Positions 11,491 through 20,440 of a stretch of DNA of 32,000 nucleotides are shown here, one piece after another. Each line of letters begins with the position of its first letter. Position 1 is the first letter of the stretch. The notes beneath the pieces were generated by a model, which made no database searches, had not been told where the DNA came from, and saw nothing but the letters and a program-made list of their open reading frames with translations. Both the position numbers and the translations under genes were made by a program. This DNA is from Vibrio alginolyticus NBRC 15630 = ATCC 17749 (GTDB lineage: Bacteria > Pseudomonadota > Gammaproteobacteria > Enterobacterales > Vibrionaceae), in contig NC_022349.1 in NCBI RefSeq assembly GCF_000354175.2, positions 180,001-212,000 on the forward strand, in the 5' to 3' direction.

Positions 11491-12311
11491 TGGATAATGC
11501 AACTACCGCATTAGCGCAAACGCTCGCGTTAGAGAGTTTCCATCAAGATAAAGACGCGATTGCCTCTTCGTTTGGTAAAGCAGCAGAAACATACGATAAA
11601 CATGCGGCTTTTCAACGTGATGTCGGGCATCAGCTGCTTGATAAACTTCCTGAAAACTTGACGGGAAAACGTGTATTGGATTTAGGTTGTGGCACGGGTT
11701 ATTTCTCCCAACTACTTCAACAACGCGGTGCGGAAGTAGTCTGCGGCGATATCTCTCAAGCCATGTTAGATAAAGCAGAGCAGCGTTGTGGTGCAGTACG
11801 AATGCATTACCAAGTTGCTGATGCTGAAAACTTACCATTTGACGATGATAGCTTCGATTACGTGTTTTCAAGTTTAGCGCTGCAATGGTGTACAGATTTA
11901 AGTTACCCACTAAAAGAAGTGCGCCGCGTGCTAAAAAATGGTGGGAAAGCGTGGTTCTCTACACTGGTTGATGGATCACTGTATGAGCTGCGTGCATCAT
12001 GGGAAAAAATTGATGCATATCAACACGTCAATAACTTTCTAACGCTCAATCAGGTAAAAATTGCGTTAGCGCAATCTCGATGTGACAGCCATCAACTAGA
12101 CTTGACCACCATCACAGTTTGGTACGACTCTGCATTTTCAGTTATGCGTGACCTCAAAGGTATAGGTGCAAATCACGTAAGCGGGCGCTCACACGGTTTA
12201 ACTAGTCGCGAGACTTTGTTAAAAGTTGAGCATGCGTACCAAGCGTTTAAAAACGATCAAGGTCTTCTACCTGCAAGTTATCAGGTTTGTTTTGGAGTAA
12301 TACATCTATGA
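11490..12311 (+). CDS. bioC: Malonyl-ACP O-methyltransferase
   Basis: The SAM-binding motif [10 protein letters not shown] is present. The gene lies between bioF and bioD, with a TAATG overlap with bioF and an ATGA overlap with bioD. Confidence 0.85.
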   Translation: MDNATTALAQTLALESFHQDKDAIASSFGKAAETYDKHAAFQRDVGHQLLDKLPENLTGKRVLDLGCGTGYFSQLLQQRGAEVVCGDISQAMLDKAEQRCGAVRMHYQVADAENLPFDDDSFDYVFSSLALQWCTDLSYPLKEVRRVLKNGGKAWFSTLVDGSLYELRASWEKIDAYQHVNNFLTLNQVKIALAQSRCDSHQLDLTTITVWYDSAFSVMRDLKGIGANHVSGRSHGLTSRETLLKVEHAYQAFKNDQGLLPASYQVCFGVIHL

Positions 12312-12994
12312 TTGATGCTTTTTTTATTGCTGGTACGGATACTGATGTTGGAAAGACGGTAGCGTCTAAAGCCATTTTGCAAGCGATCGCAGCAAAAGGA
12401 CTAAACACTATTGGTTATAAGCCAGTGGCAGCAGGGAGTGACAAGACTGAAGCGGGATGGCGCAACTCTGATGCTTTACACTTACAAGACGTCGCAACAC
12501 TCGATGTGGCCTATGATGATGTGAACCCATACGCTTTAGAGTTGCCTGCTTCTCCCCACATTGCAGCGAAGCATGAACATGTCGAAATAAGTTACGATGT
12601 TCTGAGTCAAAAACTGGCTCAACATAAGCAGCAAGCCGATGTTGTTCTCGTTGAAGGTGCTGGAGGCTGGCGTGTGCCAGTATCCGATACGGACTGTTTA
12701 TCTACATGGGTAAAAGAAGAGCAGTTACCTGTTGTACTGGTGGTTGGCATTAAATTAGGCTGTTTGAGCCACGCTTTACTCACAGCGGAGAGTATTAAAG
12801 CGGATGGTTTGAATCTTGTTGGCTGGGTGGCAAACCGCGTCAACCCAGGCACAGAGCACTACGCTGACATTATCGAGATGCTAGAAGCACGTATCGATGC
12901 ACCTAAGCTTGGGGAAATTCCATATATTCCAAGTGCTAAACGCAAAGAGCTAGGCAAGTACATTAATGTAGAGCCGTTGCTAAACACTGACTAA
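12308..12994 (+). CDS. bioD: Dethiobiotin synthetase
   Basis: ATG 12308 gives [18 protein letters not shown] (P-loop GTDTxVGKT), 228 aa. The upstream extension in the ORF track overlaps bioC and is unsupported. Confidence 0.9.
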   Translation: MIDAFFIAGTDTDVGKTVASKAILQAIAAKGLNTIGYKPVAAGSDKTEAGWRNSDALHLQDVATLDVAYDDVNPYALELPASPHIAAKHEHVEISYDVLSQKLAQHKQQADVVLVEGAGGWRVPVSDTDCLSTWVKEEQLPVVLVVGIKLGCLSHALLTAESIKADGLNLVGWVANRVNPGTEHYADIIEMLEARIDAPKLGEIPYIPSAKRKELGKYINVEPLLNTD

Positions 12995-13017
12995 TGGTGT
13001 TTAGGATAAAAGACTAA

Positions 13018-13052
13018 AAAACCCAAAGGGCTGCGCAATGCAGCCCTTTCTT
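13018..13052. terminator. Bidirectional terminator after bioD and the convergent small ORF
   Basis: 10-bp stem aaagggctgc/gcagcccttt with loop gcaat. It is flanked by an A-run upstream and a T-rich stretch downstream. Confidence 0.7.
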
Positions 13053-13076
13053 GTTGGTGTAACCTAAAAAGTCAGA

Positions 13077-13244
13077 TTACTTATCTTGGCTGAGCCCCAT
13101 CAATGCTTGTTGTGTTTCTGCAACACGCTGAGACATATGATGATCGGTTGAAATACCAAGTTGTTGCTTTGCCTCGTCCTCTGAGATGCCTAGGTGACAA
13201 CGTAGTAAATCAATAGCCATTTGATAGTCGTTAGTTTCTACCAT
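13077..13244 (-). CDS. Hypothetical small protein (55 aa)
   Basis: ATG 13244 is preceded by a GAGGGA Shine-Dalgarno and gives MVETNDYQMAIDLLRCHLGISEDEAKQQ.... I recognise no family. The longer 73-aa version in the ORF track lacks a Shine-Dalgarno. Confidence 0.45.
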   Translation of the reverse strand: MVETNDYQMAIDLLRCHLGISEDEAKQQLGISTDHHMSQRVAETQQALMGLSQDK

Positions 13245-13753
13245 GGTTTTTCCCTCAATACATGGAGTTTTTGAGCTCACCCAATGCACTTTTTGCAATG
13301 TACTTAGAGTGGCTCTGTTTTGTTCATCTCATTCGAATTTAGCATGTCCATGTAGCCGCACAATAAGACCAAAGTCTATAGCAGAGCTAACGTACTGTTT
13401 TTGGTCTATTAAAAAATTTCTAGCTAAGTTGCTAAGAGGTGATAGATTTAACACCAAGATCATCTATCAATAGATGATGGGTAGCTCAGAGCTTATTTTA
13501 TCATTTTGATAAATGTATATGAACGGAGGTTCCAGCTCCTACCAAAGCATGTTTTGAAATCGCTTGAATCAAATATTTCAGTCCCGAAAACAAATGTTGC
13601 AATTTATTGCTTAACCTTGTTTTTATCGCGGATAGACTATATCTATAACGCACGGAACATGAAAATCAACGGAATTGGCTTTTATAGCGATTACCATTTG
13701 TTCCTTATAACAATCCGTTTTAAAAAAACGATAAGCTTCCTCGGAGAAAAGTA

Positions 13754-14623
13754 ATGAAGCGAATTATGTTATTCCTAGCAACTAACCTAGCTGTCGTGCT
13801 AGTGCTTAGTGTTGTTCTGAATATTGTTTACGCTGTAACTGGAATGCAACCAGGCAGTCTGTCAGGTTTACTTGTAATGGCTGCTGTATTTGGTTTTGGT
13901 GGCGCATTTATTTCGTTGATGATGTCAAAGGGTATGGCGCTACGCTCGGTTGGTGGTATGGTCATTGAAAGCCCGCGCAACGAAACGGAGCATTGGTTAG
14001 TCGAAACTGTGGGTCGTCAAGCTCAACAAGTGGGTATTGGTATGCCAACGGTGGCTATTTATGATTCACCAGATATCAATGCATTTGCGACAGGTGCAAA
14101 ACGAGATGACTCTCTTGTCGCAGTTTCTACTGGTCTTTTACACAATATGACTCGTGATGAGGCAGAGGCAGTACTTGCACACGAAGTGAGCCATATTGCA
14201 AATGGTGATATGGTCACGATGACGTTGATGCAAGGTGTCGTGAACACGTTTGTTATCTTCCTATCACGCTTTATTGCCAATATCGTGGCGTCGAACGATG
14301 ATGAAGAAGGCCAAGGTACAAATATGATGGTTTACTTTGGCGTATCCATGGTGCTTGAACTGGTATTTGGTTTCCTAGCTAGCTTCTTGACTATGTGGTA
14401 CAGCCGTCATCGCGAATTCCACGCGGACGCAGGTGCAGCGCGCCTCGTTGGCAAAGAAAAAATGATTGCGGCTCTAGAGCGTTTGAAGGTGAGTCATGAA
14501 TCTCAACTGGATGGCACCATGATGGCATTTGGTATCAACGGCAAGCAGTCGCTGACTGAGCTACTAATGAGCCACCCTCCGCTAGATAAACGTATTGCAG
14601 CGTTGCGAGGCCAGCAATACTAA
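13754..14623 (+). CDS. htpX: Membrane heat-shock zinc metalloprotease HtpX (M48)
   Basis: 289 aa with a GGAGAA Shine-Dalgarno, N-terminal TM helices and the HEVSH zinc motif. The protein is colinear with E. coli HtpX. Confidence 0.95.
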   Translation: MKRIMLFLATNLAVVLVLSVVLNIVYAVTGMQPGSLSGLLVMAAVFGFGGAFISLMMSKGMALRSVGGMVIESPRNETEHWLVETVGRQAQQVGIGMPTVAIYDSPDINAFATGAKRDDSLVAVSTGLLHNMTRDEAEAVLAHEVSHIANGDMVTMTLMQGVVNTFVIFLSRFIANIVASNDDEEGQGTNMMVYFGVSMVLELVFGFLASFLTMWYSRHREFHADAGAARLVGKEKMIAALERLKVSHESQLDGTMMAFGINGKQSLTELLMSHPPLDKRIAALRGQQY

Positions 14624-14655
14624 TTGTTCCTACTTAAATAATTGTTAATCTGCTG

Positions 14656-14689
14656 AAAAGGCTTGGTTTTGACCAAGCCTTTTTTTTTC
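14656..14689 (+). terminator. Rho-independent terminator of htpX
   Basis: Stem aaaaggcttggt/accaagcctttt with loop tttg, followed by a run of 9 T. Confidence 0.85.
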
Positions 14690-14695
14690 GCCGAT

Positions 14696-14723
14696 TGATC
14701 GCGTGCGAACTTCATCACGTACT
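14696..14723 (+). promoter_or_regulatory. Candidate ECF-sigma (ChrR-partnered, ECF11-like) promoter TGATCG-N16-CGTACT
   Basis: TGATCG lies at 14696-14701 and CGTACT at 14718-14723, 16 nt apart, ~110 nt upstream of the first operon gene. The consensus (TGATC..CGTA) is quoted from memory. Confidence 0.35.
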
Positions 14724-14739
14724 ACTTACAGAAATAAAG

Positions 14740-14811
14740 TTATACAAAATTATTTTTGTACAACTTTGGTGGAATGAACTATCTTGTACATATAATAATT
14801 TTGTACAACTT
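14740..14811. promoter_or_regulatory. Four TTGTACAA-type palindromic boxes, candidate operator array, around a TATAAT -10
   Basis: The boxes are ttatacaa 14740-14747, ttgtacaa 14756-14763, ttgtacat 14784-14791 and ttgtacaa 14801-14808. The 13-nt string ttttgtacaactt is repeated perfectly at 14754-14766 and 14799-14811. TATAAT lies at 14791-14796 and TTGGTG lies 19 nt upstream of it. Confidence 0.4.
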
Positions 14812-14833
14812 AATGGGCGTGTAGGAGTAAAAA

Positions 14834-15253
14834 ATGGACATACAGTCTGTTGGCAATATCTATCAAAAGCTCAACAAAGCGAACTTACATCTGCTTAAGG
14901 ATATATATCACCAAGATGTAGTATTTGAGGACGCAGCGCATCGTTTAGAAGGATGGCCAGCACTTTCGAATTATTTCACCTCATTATATGCCAACGTCAT
15001 CAGTTGTGATTTTGTAATCCATGAGCATCAACAAGTCGGAGATACAGGCTTCCTAACTTGGACAATGGACCTTCAGCATCCCAAACTTCAGAAGGGTGCG
15101 CCTATTCTCGTCAATGGTGTTTCGCACCTCAAATTTAGCGAAGGTCAGGTCATTTATCACCGAGACTATTTTGATCTCGGAGAGATGCTCTATGAGCATT
15201 TACCGTTACTTGGTTCAGTCGTTAAAACCATCAAGCAGAGGTTAGGACAATGA
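14834..15253 (+). CDS. NTF2/SnoaL-like small protein (family assignment tentative)
   Basis: 139-aa ORF with a GGAG Shine-Dalgarno and an ATGA overlap with the next gene. Size and sequence pattern resemble nuclear-transport-factor-2-like proteins found at the head of CFA-like clusters. No catalytic motif was verified. Confidence 0.6.
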   Translation: MDIQSVGNIYQKLNKANLHLLKDIYHQDVVFEDAAHRLEGWPALSNYFTSLYANVISCDFVIHEHQQVGDTGFLTWTMDLQHPKLQKGAPILVNGVSHLKFSEGQVIYHRDYFDLGEMLYEHLPLLGSVVKTIKQRLGQ

Positions 15254-15975
15254 ACAACACCATCTTAATCACAGGCGCCACCTCCGGAATAGGAAGACAG
15301 CTTGCCCTAGATTACGCGAACTCAGAATGGAATGTGATTGCTTGTGGTCGGAATCAAGATGTTCTTGCAGAACTGGAGGCAGTTTCCTCCAAAATTCATA
15401 CATTGCAGTTTGATGTGACAAATTATGAGGAAACTCAGCAGGCGCTCTCTAATTTGCCCTTTACGCCAAACACATGGGTTTTTAACGCAGGCGATTGTGA
15501 GTACATGGATGAGGGAGTGGTCGACGCGAAACTCATGGCGCGTGTGATGAACGTAAATGTTGTCGGTGTTGCCAACTGCGTTGAAGGCTGCCAAGTGCAT
15601 TTAGAGAGAGGGCACCGCATTGTTATTGTTGGCTCTATCGCATCAGAAGTGGCACTGCCTCGTGCTGAAGCTTACGGCGCATCCAAAGCGGCAGTCAGTT
15701 ATTTTGCACGCACGCTCGCCGTCGACTTGAAAAAGAAAGGGATCAATGTGGTAACGGTGTTTCCTGGTTTTGTTGAAACGCCGTTGACTGACAAAAACGA
15801 CTTCGAAATGCCAATGATCATTTCTACTCAGCAAGCGTCGGACTCTATCAGGAAGCAGTTAGCCGCCAACAAGACCTATATCTATTTCCCAGCGAGATTT
15901 ACCAGTATTTTACGTTTTATCTCGTTACTTCCATACAGTTGGCAAGCTCGCCTAACTGCTAAACTCGTATCATAA
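15250..15975 (+). CDS. Short-chain dehydrogenase/reductase
   Basis: The cofactor motif TGATSGIGRQLA and the catalytic YGASK are present. Length is 241 aa. Confidence 0.85.
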   Translation: MNNTILITGATSGIGRQLALDYANSEWNVIACGRNQDVLAELEAVSSKIHTLQFDVTNYEETQQALSNLPFTPNTWVFNAGDCEYMDEGVVDAKLMARVMNVNVVGVANCVEGCQVHLERGHRIVIVGSIASEVALPRAEAYGASKAAVSYFARTLAVDLKKKGINVVTVFPGFVETPLTDKNDFEMPMIISTQQASDSIRKQLAANKTYIYFPARFTSILRFISLLPYSWQARLTAKLVS

Positions 15976-15987
15976 GAAGGAATAAAA

Positions 15988-17298
15988 ATGAAAACAGCAG
16001 GAAGAAAGAAGATAGCGATTGTGGGAACGGGAATCTCTGGCCTTACTTGTGGTTATTACTTGCATAAAGAACATGATGTAACGCTGTTTGAAGCGAACGA
16101 TTACATCGGTGGCCATACTGCAACCGTTGATGTGAGCCTTGATGGTAAAGAATACGCGATAGATACTGGGTTCATCGTCTATAACGACCGTACGTACCCT
16201 AATTTCATTAAAATGATGAGCGAGATTGGCGTTGAAGGTCTGCCTACTCAAATGAGCTTCAGTGTCAGAAACGATGGGAACGGACTAGAGTACAACGGCC
16301 ACACAGTGTCGACATTGTTTGCTCAAAAACGCAACTGGGCAAACCCCAAATTTTATCGATTTATCTTCGAGATACTTCGTTTCAATAAACTTGCCAAGCG
16401 CTTCGCTAGCGAGCAATCCTCGCACTCTCAGACGTTAGGTGAGTTCCTTGACGAACACAAATTCAGTGCTTTCTTTACCGATAACTACATTTTACCGATG
16501 GGTGCTGCGATTTGGTCGTCGACTTTAGCTGACATGCGCGCATTCCCTCTTATGTTCTTCTTACGTTTCTTCCTCAACCACGGTCTGCTAGATGTGACTA
16601 ACCGACCGCAATGGTATGTGATTAAAGGTGGTTCACGTTCATACATTCCACCATTGACCAAAGGCTTTGCCGAGAATATTCGTCTTAATAGTCCTGTCGA
16701 AAAAGTGGTTCGCAACGAAAAAGGGGTTGGCGTTCAAGTTCGCGGAGAAACGCATTGGTTTGATGACGTTATCTTTGCTTGTCACAGTGATCAAGCAATG
16801 AGAATGCTAGAGGATATCAGCCCAATTGAGCAGGAAATCTTGGGGGATATGACATACCAAGCAAATGAAGTTGTTCTTCATACCGACTCTGCCGTATTAC
16901 CAAAACGTAAGGCAGCATGGGCATCATGGAACTACCTATTGGAAGGCAGTGAAGAGGAACAGCAACGCCTCCCTTCGCTCACTTATAACATGAACATTCT
17001 TCAGCATATTCAATCAGAACATACGTTTTGTGTAACGTTGAACAGTACTGAGCAAATTAACTCAAATAAAGTCTTGCGTTCGTTCACTTATTATCATCCA
17101 GTATTCACCACTGAGTCTATTGCAGCGCAGCAGCGCAAAGATGAGATACAGGGCAAACAAAGTACCTGGTTCTGCGGCGCTTATTGGTACAACGGTTTTC
17201 ATGAAGATGGCGTGCGTAGCGCGCTTGATGTTGTGAAAGAACTAGAAGAAAAGTACCGCGAACAAAATGTGGTTCCTTTCGAAAAAGGCGCAGCGTGA
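15988..17298 (+). CDS. FAD-dependent amine-oxidase-like oxidoreductase (UfaD-like candidate fatty-acyl desaturase)
   Basis: The dinucleotide-binding motif is KIAIVGTGISGLTCGYYL...LFEANDYIGGH. Length is 436 aa, with an AAGAAGGA Shine-Dalgarno. Confidence 0.8.
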   Translation: MKTAGRKKIAIVGTGISGLTCGYYLHKEHDVTLFEANDYIGGHTATVDVSLDGKEYAIDTGFIVYNDRTYPNFIKMMSEIGVEGLPTQMSFSVRNDGNGLEYNGHTVSTLFAQKRNWANPKFYRFIFEILRFNKLAKRFASEQSSHSQTLGEFLDEHKFSAFFTDNYILPMGAAIWSSTLADMRAFPLMFFLRFFLNHGLLDVTNRPQWYVIKGGSRSYIPPLTKGFAENIRLNSPVEKVVRNEKGVGVQVRGETHWFDDVIFACHSDQAMRMLEDISPIEQEILGDMTYQANEVVLHTDSAVLPKRKAAWASWNYLLEGSEEEQQRLPSLTYNMNILQHIQSEHTFCVTLNSTEQINSNKVLRSFTYYHPVFTTESIAAQQRKDEIQGKQSTWFCGAYWYNGFHEDGVRSALDVVKELEEKYREQNVVPFEKGAA

Positions 17299-17299
17299 T

Positions 17300-18118
17300 A
17301 TGGATAGCCAAATGAACAGCCGATTGTTTATAGGCAACGTTCGTCACCGTCGATTCACGCCGGTGAATCATGAGTTGAACTACTCTTTATTTATGCCCGC
17401 CATTGATGTAGACGAGATCGATGCTTTAGAGAAAAAAGTATGGGGTTTTGGTTCGCGTTGGTGGCATTGGGCTCGCTTCAAGCGCAGTGATTACATTGGT
17501 GAAGGTAGCGTCAAGGCGGCAGTGCACAGCAAAATTGAAGAACTGACAGGTGTTCGCTGTACCGGCAAGGTAATCGCAGTCTGTCACTTGCGTTATCTAG
17601 GACTTTATTTCAGTCCCGTTAATTTCTACTACGTTTATAACACGGAAGGAGAATGGAAGTATCTCCTCGCAGAGGTGAGTAACACTCCTTGGAATGAACG
17701 ACATTACTACGTGGTGTCAGCAGATAAAGAAGAAGAAAAGTTTGGTTGGGAACAAGATAAAGCATTCCATGTTTCACCATTCAACCCGATTGACCAACTC
17801 TACCGCTGGAGAATTAAGCCTTTGACAGACAAGTTGAATATTCATCTTGAATGTCACAAAGGAGAGAAACACTTTGATGCCACCATGGTTATGAAAGCTA
17901 AGCCACTTTCAAGCAAAACCTTATTGAGGTGTTTGATCGTTACACCAATACAAACGGTAAAAGTAATGGTTGGTATTTATTGGCACGCATTAAAACTTTG
18001 GGTGAAAGGCGCACCTTTTTATTCTCATCCTAAATATTCAACGCATGAAGAAATAGAAGCCGATATTGAAAAAACAGACAAAAAAAATAAAAAGCACAAG
18101 GAGAATTCTGCATGTTAA
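17300..18118 (+). CDS. DUF1365-like protein
   Basis: ATG 17300 lies 1 nt after the previous stop (TGATATG). The N-terminal LFIGNVRHRRFTPVNHELNYSLFM...DVDEID pattern is typical of DUF1365, from memory. Length is 272 aa. Confidence 0.75.
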   Translation: MDSQMNSRLFIGNVRHRRFTPVNHELNYSLFMPAIDVDEIDALEKKVWGFGSRWWHWARFKRSDYIGEGSVKAAVHSKIEELTGVRCTGKVIAVCHLRYLGLYFSPVNFYYVYNTEGEWKYLLAEVSNTPWNERHYYVVSADKEEEKFGWEQDKAFHVSPFNPIDQLYRWRIKPLTDKLNIHLECHKGEKHFDATMVMKAKPLSSKTLLRCLIVTPIQTVKVMVGIYWHALKLWVKGAPFYSHPKYSTHEEIEADIEKTDKKNKKHKENSAC

Positions 18119-19368
18119 ATACTAGTTCTATGACATTGCCGCGTAAATTGACGACAACGCAAAAAGCGGCTCGCGGAGTTATTTTTCAATGTCTGCAAAA
18201 AATGGAAATCGGCTGCTTAACAGTTATTGAAAGTTTTAAGACGGAAACGACAGAGCGAAGCGAGCGTTTTAGTGCGCCAAATGGGGAGTACAGTGGTCAA
18301 CCTGTTGTCGCTACTATAGAGGTAAAACATCCAGGCTTTTATTCACGGATCTTGCAGGGCGGCAGTATTGCTGCTGGTGAGGCTTATATGGATGGGTGGT
18401 GGGATAGCCCCGATTTAACCTCATTAATGAAACTGATGGCCCTTAACATGCGTGCTCTAGATAAACTCGAAGAGCAAGGCAGTTGGTTGACTAAAATACT
18501 GTACAAGTTCAGTCATTGGTCAAACAGAAACTCTGAAGAGAACTCACGTAAAAATATCCATGCGCATTACGACTTGGGTAACAACCTATACGAAGCGTTC
18601 CTTGACACCAATATGCTGTACTCGTCGGCGCTTTACAATCATGCGGACGACTCTCTAGAGCAGGCTCAAATCAACAAAATGGATCGTCTATGTCAGCAAC
18701 TTGAGCTGAAGCCCACTGATCATGTTGTTGAAATTGGCACTGGGTGGGGCGCTATGGCGATTTACATGGCCGAACAATACGGCTGTCAGGTCACTACAAC
18801 AACGATATCTGAAGAGCAACACGCGTACGCGGAGCAAAAAATCAAAGAGCGTGGCTTAGAAGATAAAATCACACTACTCAAAGAAGATTACCGTAACTTA
18901 ACCGGCACTTATGACAAGCTCGTTTCTATTGAAATGATTGAAGCTGTGGGCAAACAATTCCTGCCTTCGTACATTAAGGTCTGTGAGTCTTTATTGAAGT
19001 CTGGTGGCTTGATGGCGATTCAAGCGATTACGATTGCCGATCAGCGTTACGATTACTACAGTAACAACGTCGACTTTATCCAAAAGTACATTTTCCCGGG
19101 TGGTTTTTTACCGTCGGTAACCTCACTAACCCAAGCAACAACAAAGTACAGTGACTTAGTGACGCGAGACTTGTTCGATATTGGTTTGGACTACGCCAAG
19201 ACGCTGAACGAATGGCACTTACGTTTTAATCGAGCAGAGAATGAAGTGCGCTCGTTTGGCTACGACGACCGCTTTGTGCGTATGTGGCGCTACTATTTGA
19301 GCTACTGTGAAGGTGGCTTTTTGGCTCGCACGATCAGTGCCGTTCACATGACGTTTCAACGCCCGTAG
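18112..19368 (+). CDS. Cyclopropane-fatty-acyl-phospholipid-synthase-family SAM methyltransferase
   Basis: 418 aa with SAM motif I VVEIGTGWGAMA and an AAGGAG Shine-Dalgarno. It overlaps the previous gene by 7 nt and resembles the CFA/mycolic-acid synthase family throughout. Confidence 0.85.
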   Translation: MLNTSSMTLPRKLTTTQKAARGVIFQCLQKMEIGCLTVIESFKTETTERSERFSAPNGEYSGQPVVATIEVKHPGFYSRILQGGSIAAGEAYMDGWWDSPDLTSLMKLMALNMRALDKLEEQGSWLTKILYKFSHWSNRNSEENSRKNIHAHYDLGNNLYEAFLDTNMLYSSALYNHADDSLEQAQINKMDRLCQQLELKPTDHVVEIGTGWGAMAIYMAEQYGCQVTTTTISEEQHAYAEQKIKERGLEDKITLLKEDYRNLTGTYDKLVSIEMIEAVGKQFLPSYIKVCESLLKSGGLMAIQAITIADQRYDYYSNNVDFIQKYIFPGGFLPSVTSLTQATTKYSDLVTRDLFDIGLDYAKTLNEWHLRFNRAENEVRSFGYDDRFVRMWRYYLSYCEGGFLARTISAVHMTFQRP

Positions 19369-19374
19369 TTCGTT

Positions 19375-19887
19375 ATGAAGGTGTTTCTTGCTTCGACATG
19401 GTTCCAACTCTGCTGGTTTGCAGCGGTGCTTGGAACCTATCAATGGCAATGGGTGACGTTATTCCTTACTTTGGCAACCCTACTATATTGTTTGAAAACT
19501 GACGCATCTTCGCTCAACAGTATTGGTGTTATCGCCACGATTGGTCTCGTGCTTGATACATTAAATCAGCAATTTTCAATTTTCATGTTTGCCACTCAAT
19601 GGTTACCCCTTTGGCTTTTGTGCCTTTGGATTCTGTTCGCCTGGTATGCCTATCAACTCAAGTCAATTTTGTACCGTTTCCCAAAAACCTACGTATCAAT
19701 AGTAGGCGGACTCGGAGGAACAGCGAGCTACTTTGCTGGCTATAAGCTCCAAGCCGTTGAATTTGGATTTAGCACTGGCGCTACACTGGCAATGTTGTTT
19801 GTCGAATGGTGCGTCATGATGCTCTTGATACTCAAGGTGTACGGAAATGAAAAGCTTGAAGAGAGACTTAACTCAGAGACTGACTAG
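19375..19887 (+). CDS. Small integral membrane protein (DUF2878-like, tentative)
   Basis: 170 aa, with about five hydrophobic segments and rich in Trp, Leu and Phe. It sits after the CFA-like gene, as in related clusters I recall. Confidence 0.6.
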   Translation: MKVFLASTWFQLCWFAAVLGTYQWQWVTLFLTLATLLYCLKTDASSLNSIGVIATIGLVLDTLNQQFSIFMFATQWLPLWLLCLWILFAWYAYQLKSILYRFPKTYVSIVGGLGGTASYFAGYKLQAVEFGFSTGATLAMLFVEWCVMMLLILKVYGNEKLEERLNSETD

Positions 19888-20440
19888 GCTGCTTGCGTTG
19901 GTAATAGTAACTGGCTCTTTTGCTCTGCAAGCTCAACCTGTTGGAAACAGCGAAGCTGCTAGCAACATTGCGAATTGGAAGGGATGGAAAACTGTTGGAG
20001 AAGCCCAACTTACTTGGTTCATCTTCGATATTTATCACTCAAGATTAAAAGCGCCTGATGGAAAGTTCATCGTAAGCGATGACGTATCGCCACATCCCCT
20101 TGCGTTGGAAATTAATTACAAGAGAGACATCAGTAAGCAACAGCTGCTTGATGTGACGGATGAGCAGTGGGCGAAATTGGGTTTTACGGACTCATATCGA
20201 AAAGCTTGGATCAGCGAGCTCGATCGTATGTTTCCTGATATTCAAAAAGGTGACGAGCTTACTTATCTAACAGATGGAAAATCTGGTCAGCTTTTTTATA
20301 AGCAGGTTGGGGACGTGCAAGTAAAGAACGTTGGCATCATTGAAGACGAACGAATGAACGATGCATTTTTGGCTATATGGTTATCACCCAACACAGAATT
20401 TCCGAAACTCCGAAAACAATTGATAGGGCAGGTTAGATAG
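19847..20440 (+). CDS. Secreted chalcone-isomerase-like family protein (tentative)
   Basis: 197 aa with a basic N-region followed by LLALVIVTGSFALQA, a signal-peptide-like segment. It overlaps the upstream gene by 41 nt. The family call is from memory of homologous clusters. Confidence 0.6.
   Translation: MKSLKRDLTQRLTRLLALVIVTGSFALQAQPVGNSEAASNIANWKGWKTVGEAQLTWFIFDIYHSRLKAPDGKFIVSDDVSPHPLALEINYKRDISKQQLLDVTDEQWAKLGFTDSYRKAWISELDRMFPDIQKGDELTYLTDGKSGQLFYKQVGDVQVKNVGIIEDERMNDAFLAIWLSPNTEFPKLRKQLIGQVR

Noticed and set aside
13243-13754. ORFs 13243-13473 and 13506-13754 upstream of htpX
   Set aside because: They are AT-rich, lack a Shine-Dalgarno, and the second one runs straight into the htpX start. 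I treated them as non-coding leader DNA.
14695-14898. 67-aa ORF spanning the lipid-operon promoter
   Set aside because: It overlaps the palindromic box array and the true start of the first operon gene in another frame, and it has no Shine-Dalgarno.
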